DNA of 44,907 bases from Candidatus Omnitrophota bacterium (lineage in GTDB: Bacteria > Omnitrophota > Gorgyraeia > Tantalellales > Tantalellaceae). Numbering within the stretch: position 1 is the first letter of the stretch; every line of letters begins with the position of its first letter. The translations under genes and the position numbers were made by a program. The notes under the pieces are model-generated. The model was not told the DNA's origin and did not search any database. It saw only the letters and a program-made list of their open reading frames with translations. The stretch lies in assembly GCA_007135805.1 (NCBI GenBank), contig SLID01000045.1, forward strand, positions 1 through 44,907, written 5' to 3'. This document shows positions 38,038 to 44,907 of the stretch, piece after piece.

Positions 38038-38280
38038 ATGCACACAGTCTATATTCTCATCAGCAAAAAATATCCAGACAGGATCTATATCGGCTTGACG
38101 GAAAACATTTCTCGTCGAGTAAATGAGCATAATGCCGATAAATCGCCTTACAGTCGTAAGTACGGACCTTGGGAATTAGAAACATACATAACCTTCAGTC
38201 AAAAGAAAAAAGCCGTTGAATTTGAAAGATATTTAAAATCCGGATCAGGATTTGCGTTCCTGAAAAAAAGATTTATCTAA
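38038..38280 (+). CDS. Small GIY-YIG nuclease family protein
   Basis: VYIL...YIGLT...RR..EHN...PWEL...FERYLKSGSG. Confidence 0.9.
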   Translation: MHTVYILISKKYPDRIYIGLTENISRRVNEHNADKSPYSRKYGPWELETYITFSQKKKAVEFERYLKSGSGFAFLKKRFI

Positions 38281-38524
38281 AAAAGTTTCAAGAGATCCAC
38301 CTGTCGATGATGGTTAGTGAAAAGCACAGCATTAATTCTAATAAAATGTTTATAGATCGGTAAAACTCTTCTGATATATTCCGGGCACATCCTTTACACT
38401 TTATTCCGAGCACATAGTTTGCACATTTTGGCCTGCTTATCATAGGTGGTGTTTTCGGACAGCTATTGCCGATCTGGGCAAAATATTTTGTTAATTTGAG
38501 CAAGCTTGATGAAACAAAAAACCG

Positions 38525-38553
38525 TTGACATTTTAAAGTTACACTTTAAAATG
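38525..38553 (+). promoter_or_regulatory. Promoter overlapped by a perfect 11-3-11 palindrome (candidate operator)
   Basis: TTGACA-16 bp-TAAAAT; CATTTTAAAGT-TAC-ACTTTAAAATG at 38529-38553. Confidence 0.7.
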
Positions 38554-38559
38554 GTAAAT

Positions 38560-39783
38560 ATGTATATCAGCAGATTATTAGAAAAAACCCTGAAAGAAGC
38601 GATCGGGACTTTCCCCGCGGTGCTTATCACCGGTCCGAGACAATCCGGTAAGACTACATTGGTTAGAGAGCTTCTAAGCAAGAAATATAACTATGTTTCA
38701 CTGGATGAACTGGATATAAGATCTTTTGCCGTCCAAGACCCGAGAGGTTTTTTGGAAAGATACGGCAGCCCGCTTATTATCGATGAAATTCAAAACGCGC
38801 CCCAAATACTGTCGTATATCAAATCTAAGATCGACAATGATAGGAAGCCGGGGAAATGGATATTAACCGGCTCACAGCAGTTTCCCCTAATGAGGAATGT
38901 TAGTGAGTCTTTGGCAGGGCGGGTGGCGGTCTTAACTTTGTTGTCATTTTCACAAGCGGAGAAAAGCCGTAATCTAAGAAGTGATCTAAAAACAGCAGAT
39001 GCTTACATAGAGCATCTATGCGCGGGTAGTGAGAAGGTTAAAAAAAACGGTACCACAGGAGATTGGATTTTGCAGGGCGGCTATCCTGAGCTGTTTGTCA
39101 ATAAAAAGATCTCACGGAAAATATGGTTTTCAAGCTATATTCAAACATATATTGATCGTGATGTGAGAGGGAACATTAAGTCAGCTAATCTTAATGATTT
39201 CGAGAGGTTTCTGACTTTACTGGCCGGCAGGACCGGGAAAGAAATAAATTTTTCAACGCTTTCTCGGGAGATCGGAGTTTCGGTACCGACAATCAAATCA
39301 TGGATGTCTTTTCTTGAAGCAAGCTCTTTGATATATCTTTTGTATCCGTATTACAAAAATTTCGGCAAAAGAGTTATAAAATCCCCTAAATTATATTTTA
39401 CTGACACAGGATTAGTTTCGTATTTAGTGGGTTTACAAAATCCGGATCACTTAATAAAAGGGCCTATGGCCGGAGCATTGTTCGAGACAGCGTGTATTAT
39501 GCAATTCATTAAGAGATTTTCTGCGCTTATGGATAATTGTAAACTTTATTTTTGGCGTAGTGTCAGCGGTTTTGAAGTTGATCTCCTGGTTGAGACATCC
39601 CAGGGAATTTTTCCTATTGAATTCAAATTAGCTTCAACAATAAACTCTCAGCATATCGCGGCATTGAGCGAATGGTCTAAGATGGCAGGTTTTCCTGATG
39701 GCAAAGGATTAATAGTTTCGAGTTCTGATCGCTCGGGATCGGTCGGCAAGAATATCCATAATTGTCATTATTCTTTACTCTAG
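38560..39783 (+). CDS. AAA_14 ATPase with DUF4143 and C-terminal PD-(D/E)xK-like motif
   Basis: GPRQSGKTT Walker A, IIDEIQ Walker B, LTGSQ, GGYPE, KSPKLYFTDTG, EVDLL...PIEFK. Confidence 0.9.
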   Translation: MYISRLLEKTLKEAIGTFPAVLITGPRQSGKTTLVRELLSKKYNYVSLDELDIRSFAVQDPRGFLERYGSPLIIDEIQNAPQILSYIKSKIDNDRKPGKWILTGSQQFPLMRNVSESLAGRVAVLTLLSFSQAEKSRNLRSDLKTADAYIEHLCAGSEKVKKNGTTGDWILQGGYPELFVNKKISRKIWFSSYIQTYIDRDVRGNIKSANLNDFERFLTLLAGRTGKEINFSTLSREIGVSVPTIKSWMSFLEASSLIYLLYPYYKNFGKRVIKSPKLYFTDTGLVSYLVGLQNPDHLIKGPMAGALFETACIMQFIKRFSALMDNCKLYFWRSVSGFEVDLLVETSQGIFPIEFKLASTINSQHIAALSEWSKMAGFPDGKGLIVSSSDRSGSVGKNIHNCHYSLL

Positions 39784-39829
39784 GGGTTACTCTTTCCTGT
39801 TTGAAAGAGTTGATCTTTTATAAAATCGC

Positions 39830-40075
39830 ATGAGCACAATATTCATATCCGAGGATCTTAAGCGCAATTTTAAGGAGTTCATAGCTTCGAGGAGCGGACT
39901 TTATTTCAAAGATCACAATCTGAAGGATCTTGAGGAAAAGATAATCCGGCGGATGGGGGTTTTGGGAATGGAGTCTCCACTTTCTTATTACTCGCATCTC
40001 ACATCTTCAAATCATAAAGAAGACGAGCTGAGAGAACTTTTTAACATACAGAATATTGTAAATGGAGGACATTGA
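39830..40075 (+). pseudogene. N-terminal fragment of CheR-type methyltransferase
   Basis: FKEFIASRSGLYF...LEEKIIRRM...YYSHL...DELREL resembles CheR_N; stops before the T-x-FFR motif and SAM domain. Confidence 0.6.
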
Positions 40076-40209
40076 CACCACTAGATTTAAGTCATAACAT
40101 AATGTAAATAAATGGCTTATAAAACATTTTTTAATCTAAGATTCCCGAGGAAAGAAACAAGACAATGTTAATTAATAGTTAAAATATGTGATTTTTTGTT
40201 AAATCATAC

Positions 40210-40238
40210 TTGACAAAAAGTTTTGCTCGGGGTATACT
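40210..40238 (+). promoter_or_regulatory. Sigma70 promoter of the XRE-cupin gene
   Basis: TTGACA-17 bp-TATACT, then SD AGAGG and ATG 40256. Confidence 0.75.
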
Positions 40239-40255
40239 CTCAGAAAAGAGGACAA

Positions 40256-40807
40256 ATGAAGATAGTTGGTGTAAACATAAAAAGTGCACGAAAAGAAATG
40301 GGGCTTACCTTGAGGGGACTGGCCGAAAAACTCGGGGTAAGTGCCAGTTTTATTTCTCAGGTTGAGAGCGGAAAGGCCTCTCCGTCGCTGTCCACACTTA
40401 AGAATATCGCTGACGCTTTAGGATACACGGTAAGCGCCTTAATAGATGACGGGCAAAAAACAGAGACCAATCCTATTGTCAGGGCGAATGAAAGAAAATA
40501 CCTTCATGAAGCGGGTAAGGGGATGAACATGTACCTGTTGACGTCTCGAGACCCCAACAAACAGATGGAACCATTGTTATTTAAGATCAAGGAGGGGGCT
40601 GATTCAGGAGCGGCTTCATACAAACACTTCGGACAGGAATTTGTTCTGGTCCTTAAGGGGGCTATAGAGATCACACTTAACGATATTGCGTACATTTTAA
40701 AAAAAGGGGATAGTATCTATTTTAATTCAAGCGTGCCGCATGCTTTTAAAAATCTTGGAAAAGAAGAAGCCGAGGCCGTTTGGGTTGTAACGCCGCCTAC
40801 ATTCTAA
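40256..40807 (+). CDS. XRE-family HTH regulator with C-terminal cupin (PuuR/SutR-like)
   Basis: GLTLRGLAEKLGVSASFISQVESGKASPS HTH; H-x-GQE...GDSIYF..SVPHAFKN cupin. Confidence 0.92.
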   Translation: MKIVGVNIKSARKEMGLTLRGLAEKLGVSASFISQVESGKASPSLSTLKNIADALGYTVSALIDDGQKTETNPIVRANERKYLHEAGKGMNMYLLTSRDPNKQMEPLLFKIKEGADSGAASYKHFGQEFVLVLKGAIEITLNDIAYILKKGDSIYFNSSVPHAFKNLGKEEAEAVWVVTPPTF

Positions 40808-40887
40808 GGGAAGCAACTTTTTTTTGCGCGTTAAGTTAATTAATACTGCAATATATTAAATATTATAAAACAAAAGAGAGGTGTATC

Positions 40888-42105
40888 GTGAAAAAACTGA
40901 TGATGATGAAAATGCAGGGGTTAAAAAAACCGATCGACAAGTTTACAAAAAAAATAGAAAAACTTGATCCCGGAAATGGCAAGTTTGCGGAGTTCATGGA
41001 TATTATTTCCAGTGAAATGGAGGACATGGCCTTCAATGACGTAAAGAAAGATAAAGCGGGTAATATAGTGGGGACTATAAAAGGGCATAGCGACAAAGAC
41101 GCTATGGTAATGGTATCGCATGTCGATGTCATGCCCGAGATACGTAAAAAAATGGAAGATTTTAATGACAGGGGAATGGCAAGGTTCAAAGCAGGAGTTA
41201 TCTCAAGTTTGTACGCGGGGGCTTTGGTGAAAAGGTGTATGTTGCCGCTTACGGGAGACCTTATAGTATGTTGTGTGCCCAGGCATGAATACAGCGATCC
41301 CGGTGTTAAATATCTTTTTGATGATTTTCTTAAAAACCGGAAAGACAAAATAAAAGGGGTTATGCTTTGTGAGCCCACAGCTTTCAATATCAATTTAGGG
41401 CATAAAGGAAGGATGGAGTACGAAATAGTGGTAAGGGGAAAGCTGAAAAGGAATTTTCTGGAGAATCGCGGGATGAACATGCTAGGGACGATGTTCCCGC
41501 TTATAAGCGAACTGGAAAAGGTTTCAAAAGAACTGCCCAATGATATGAATATGGGCCGGTCAGATCTAAGGATAAAAGATGTACTTTACCGTGGATATAG
41601 TGCCGGTGACGAGATTAACGAATTCCGGGTGGTCGTTGACAGGGTTTTTGTTCCGGATGAGAACGGAGGGGCCATATTGAATAAAGCTAAGACCATAGCG
41701 AAAAAGGTATATAGTTCTGAGCCCGAAGTGACCGTGCGTACCATGCTGGCTAAAGAACGGTTCAGGACCCACACAGGACTTGAGATGATGTCCAAGAAAG
41801 AGTTCAAACCGTGGATAATGGAAGGCCATCAGCCTTTCGCTACGGAATCCTTGAAGTGCCTGACAGAGAACGGGTTCAGGTCACGTTTCGGGTTTTGGAA
41901 AAAAATAGTTACAGAGGGATCATATACCTGCGCGGAGCTAAAAATACCCACCATAGGATTCGGCGCGGGAGATGAAGATGAGATTTATACCGGTGATGAA
42001 AAATTAAATGTGAGAAGTATAGAAAAAGCCGTGTATGGCCAGGCTCTTATTGTACAAAGAAACATAGGGATGCCGTTTTTTGGATGGAGTTCTGACAGTA
42101 TTTAA
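40888..42105 (+). CDS. M20/YgeY-like metallohydrolase homolog with degenerate metal site
   Basis: GNIVG, SHVDV, CEPT..NINLGHKGRME, IPTIGFGAG; several metal ligands substituted. Confidence 0.75.
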   Translation: MKKLMMMKMQGLKKPIDKFTKKIEKLDPGNGKFAEFMDIISSEMEDMAFNDVKKDKAGNIVGTIKGHSDKDAMVMVSHVDVMPEIRKKMEDFNDRGMARFKAGVISSLYAGALVKRCMLPLTGDLIVCCVPRHEYSDPGVKYLFDDFLKNRKDKIKGVMLCEPTAFNINLGHKGRMEYEIVVRGKLKRNFLENRGMNMLGTMFPLISELEKVSKELPNDMNMGRSDLRIKDVLYRGYSAGDEINEFRVVVDRVFVPDENGGAILNKAKTIAKKVYSSEPEVTVRTMLAKERFRTHTGLEMMSKKEFKPWIMEGHQPFATESLKCLTENGFRSRFGFWKKIVTEGSYTCAELKIPTIGFGAGDEDEIYTGDEKLNVRSIEKAVYGQALIVQRNIGMPFFGWSSDSI

Positions 42106-42115
42106 GGAAAAAGCT

Positions 42116-43318
42116 ATGAATATATTGGTTTTGAATTGCGGGAGTTCGTCTCTGAAATATAAGATCTTGAAGATGCCGGAGGGAACAGAACTTATTAAAG
42201 GTGAAGCGGAAAGAGTAGGGATAAAGACAAAGGAAAAATCCGTTATATCTCATTTTGTCCGCGGTAAAGAGAAAAGAGTTGAGCTTTCCTTGAAGGATCA
42301 TCCGGCGGCGCTAAATGCCGGGTTTGAGTTGATGGCGGAAGATATTGGCGTTGAGCGGGAATTAATGTTCGAGGCGGTCGCGCATAGATATGTACATCCC
42401 GGGACATTTTTTGAGTCAACGGTGAAGATCACGAGAAATGTGCAAAGTAAATTAAAAAAGACATTTCCCTTTGCTCCTATTCATAATCCGGTGTCGTACG
42501 GCCTTATTGAAGTTTGTCGGAAAAAATATCCCGGTATCGCGCAATGCGCGGTATTTGACACTTCTTTCCATCGTGATATTCTTCCCGGGTTTTCGCGTTA
42601 TGCTATGCCATGGAGGGTATCAAAAAAGTTCGCTATAAAAAAAGTCGGGTTTCACGGGATATCACACCGGTATGTAGCGGAAGAAGCCTGCGGATACATA
42701 GGGAGAAGTTTTTCACAACAGAAGATAATAAGCTGTCATCTGGGGACAGGCGGTTCCAGTGTCTGTGCCGTAAGAAATGGTAGATCAATAAATAATTCCA
42801 TGGGTTTTACTCCGCTTGAAGGGCTCATGATGAACACCAGATGTGGGGATATAGATCCGGGAGCCATATTTTATATAATGTTCAAAGAGAAATTTTCTTC
42901 AGAGCAAGCAGAGACGATACTCAACAAGAAAAGCGGGGTGCTTGGGGTCTTTAATACATCGTCTGATCTCAGGGACGTCATAAGAAGCATGTCTTCTGAT
43001 AAAAAAGCCAGGATGACTTACGATATGTATGTAAGAAGGGTAAGGACATACGTATGCTTTTACGCTCTCATATTAAAAAAAGCCGATATCTTGATATTCA
43101 CAGACTCCCTGGGACAGGGATCTTCGGTTTTACGGGAAAGCGTTTGTCAAAATATGGATTTTATGGGGATAAAGATCGACAGGGATCTGAATGATAATTA
43201 TAGGACAGGGATAACTGATGTTACGGGAACGGCCTCCCAAACCAGGGTCTTGGTCATACCAACAGACGAAGAAATGATGATAGCGCGCGAGGCGTACAAG
43301 GAGCTTGTGAAGAGATGA
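42116..43318 (+). CDS. ackA: Acetate/propionate kinase family protein
   Basis: LNCGSSSLK, HRYVH, APIHNP, FDTSFH, GFHGISH, MGFTPLEGL, TRCGD, IPTDEE. Confidence 0.88.
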   Translation: MNILVLNCGSSSLKYKILKMPEGTELIKGEAERVGIKTKEKSVISHFVRGKEKRVELSLKDHPAALNAGFELMAEDIGVERELMFEAVAHRYVHPGTFFESTVKITRNVQSKLKKTFPFAPIHNPVSYGLIEVCRKKYPGIAQCAVFDTSFHRDILPGFSRYAMPWRVSKKFAIKKVGFHGISHRYVAEEACGYIGRSFSQQKIISCHLGTGGSSVCAVRNGRSINNSMGFTPLEGLMMNTRCGDIDPGAIFYIMFKEKFSSEQAETILNKKSGVLGVFNTSSDLRDVIRSMSSDKKARMTYDMYVRRVRTYVCFYALILKKADILIFTDSLGQGSSVLRESVCQNMDFMGIKIDRDLNDNYRTGITDVTGTASQTRVLVIPTDEEMMIAREAYKELVKR

Positions 43319-44421
43319 TACTGGTTGTTGACCGTGATAGTAAAAACGTTAAGGTGTCGTGTTTTAAGCAAGATGGGTCATTTTACAGGATCATCCTGGA
43401 AGATGGCATCAACACCGCCGTTTCCGTTAGGAAAGCTATTCTGAAAACAACGACAAAAAGCCGAATAGAAGCTATTTCTTTCAGGTGTTTTTTTGGTGGC
43501 GATATTTCTGAAGGCCCGGTATTTATAGATGAAACACTTTTGACGGACATGGTAAAACTGACGGAATTTTTTTCATTATATGTGCCGGCTATGATAGATC
43601 TGATAAAAACTTTTCGATCTGCTTTTCAGGATGTACCTCTAATAGCGTTTTTTGAGAATTCATTTTTCAGGGATTTACCGGAAGAAGAAAAATGTTATGC
43701 CCTCCCGTATGAATACTGCGAAAAGCACAGGGTGCGAAAATGGGGTTTTCACGGTATATTCCACGAGGAGAATTCCGTAGTTGCGGGCTTGAAAAAAAGG
43801 ACAATATCCATAGTTCTTGATATTCAGACCACGGTTTCCGCAATATCTGGAGGGAAGCCTCTTTCCATAAGCCTTGGATACACGCCTCTTGAGGGCATAA
43901 TGTCCCGGACAAGTTGCGGAGACCTCGACCCCGGGATCGTGTTCTACCTAATGAATGTGCAGAAGTATTCGCTTCAAAGAATAGACGACATGCTTAAAAA
44001 TGAAAGCGGATTCGTGGGTTTGACCGGTTACGATATATCAATCGAGGATATGGTAAAACTTCTCGGCAAAGATAAAAAAATAGACCTCGCGTTTGATGTT
44101 TACAGGTTCCAGATAATGAAATATATGGCCGAAGGAATGGCAGCTATGGGAGGGGTGGACAATATAGTATTTTCCGGGCAGAATACCGGGGTACTAGCTT
44201 CAGTTATCCATAATATCCTTAAAGACCTTATGTTCCTGGGAGTTAATGTTGGAAGTGTGCCCGGAGCCGTTGATGGAGATGTTGTCACGGTGTCTTCAGC
44301 TGAATCAGAGATAAAAGCGCTTATAAATAAAATGAGTGTAGAAAGAATAATATTCCACCAGAGTATATCCTTCCTTAGAAATACTAACAAAAACAACACA
44401 ATGACGTTCGGTAGAAAATAA
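43315..44421 (+). CDS. Divergent acetate kinase paralog, probably catalytically impaired
   Basis: YALP, GFHGIFH, LGYTPLEG, CGDLDPG, ESG..GLTG retained; N-terminal NxGSSS loop and TxEE lost. Confidence 0.8.
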   Translation: MILVVDRDSKNVKVSCFKQDGSFYRIILEDGINTAVSVRKAILKTTTKSRIEAISFRCFFGGDISEGPVFIDETLLTDMVKLTEFFSLYVPAMIDLIKTFRSAFQDVPLIAFFENSFFRDLPEEEKCYALPYEYCEKHRVRKWGFHGIFHEENSVVAGLKKRTISIVLDIQTTVSAISGGKPLSISLGYTPLEGIMSRTSCGDLDPGIVFYLMNVQKYSLQRIDDMLKNESGFVGLTGYDISIEDMVKLLGKDKKIDLAFDVYRFQIMKYMAEGMAAMGGVDNIVFSGQNTGVLASVIHNILKDLMFLGVNVGSVPGAVDGDVVTVSSAESEIKALINKMSVERIIFHQSISFLRNTNKNNTMTFGRK

Positions 44422-44526
44422 AAGAAACATCAGTGAGTCGGGGCGTAGAGGCTGAAACCTTCCGATTTCTGGGAACAGGTAGTATTAAGGATCACCTGGG
44501 CTTTGTAGAAAAGCGGATCGATCTAG

Positions 44527-44689
44527 AAATCAGGGAAGATGGAATTCCTTGGCTGAGGACTCAAAGAATGCCATGGGCTTAAAGGAAGAGGCTGATTATG
44601 GCAGGAGTTTTTCAGAAAAAGGAGCCAACGCCTCCATAAAAGCTGCGGAGAGATTTCTCGTTTCCACGAAACAAATATTGAAAAAGTGA
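44527..44689 (+). pseudogene. C-terminal remnant of a HEPN-domain protein
   Basis: Manual translation SLAEDSKNAMGLKEEADYGRSFSEKGANASIKAAERFLVSTKQILKK* resembles the HEPN C-terminal L-R-E-x-ADY...A...AE-x-FL pattern; no intact 5' half. Confidence 0.5.
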
Positions 44690-44761
44690 CACATTTTTAA
44701 CACGTTGGCTTTTCTGGTATCATAACCTGTTTTAAAATAATGAGATAGGCGAATAGGAATA

Positions 44762-44783
44762 GAATCCCTGCCTCTCCGCCATT
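44762..44783 (+). repeat. attR-like duplicate of the tRNA-Ser 3' end
   Basis: Exact 22-bp match to 37886-37907. Confidence 0.9.
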
Positions 44784-44789
44784 TAACAG

Positions 44790-44817
44790 AAAAGGCCCCT
44801 GAAACAGGGGCTTTTTT
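44790..44817 (+). terminator. Rho-independent terminator (possibly bidirectional)
   Basis: AAAAAGGCCCCTG-AAA-CAGGGGCTTTTTT directly after the duplicated tRNA end. Confidence 0.8.
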
Positions 44818-44907
44818 GTTAATTAGTAATGCAGCAGAGGTTATAGCAGACGCTATGAATAATCCTTTATAAATGCTGGAGTTACATATTAAATACTGGT
44901 AAGGGAA

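Noticed and set aside
38288-38503. Minus-strand 71-aa Cys-rich ORF (CPK...KCAN...KCKGCAR), vaguely SPASM-like
   Set aside because: No SD, TTG start, spacing does not fit a full motif; at best an unassignable remnant

Overview
Bacterial chromosomal window from a diderm (lptFG present), probably Candidatus Omnitrophota; the taxon is inferred from the giant secreted protein with an HIQDAH...GGFH N-terminal domain. Most of it is + strand housekeeping: murI, split Fe-S fumarase, rph, rdgB, nadE, GH130, PTS EIIA/HPr/EI, yvcK, GH57, NTP-transferase, metK, ahcY, pfkA, lptFG, polyprenyl synthase and pabB, plus eight tRNA genes. Four things stand out. (1) tRNA-Arg(UCU) is split after U34 by a 280-nt group I intron with all core elements visible. 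(2) A 2139-aa secreted protein carries a LanKC/OspF-like lyase motif set followed by a Ser/Thr kinase and a coiled coil. (3) An operon pairs a MATCAP/DUF1704-type gluzincin with two divergent ATP-grasp ligases and a CstA transporter, a candidate peptide tagging/untagging system. (4) A ~6.9-kb integrase-less island at tRNA-Ser(GGA), bounded by a 22-bp direct repeat, carries a hairpin-preceded GIY-YIG gene, an AAA/DUF4143 gene with a palindromic operator, gene remnants, and an XRE-cupin / pseudo-M20 / ackA / pseudo-ackA module. No CRISPR or rRNA seen. All family calls are by motif recognition, not database search.
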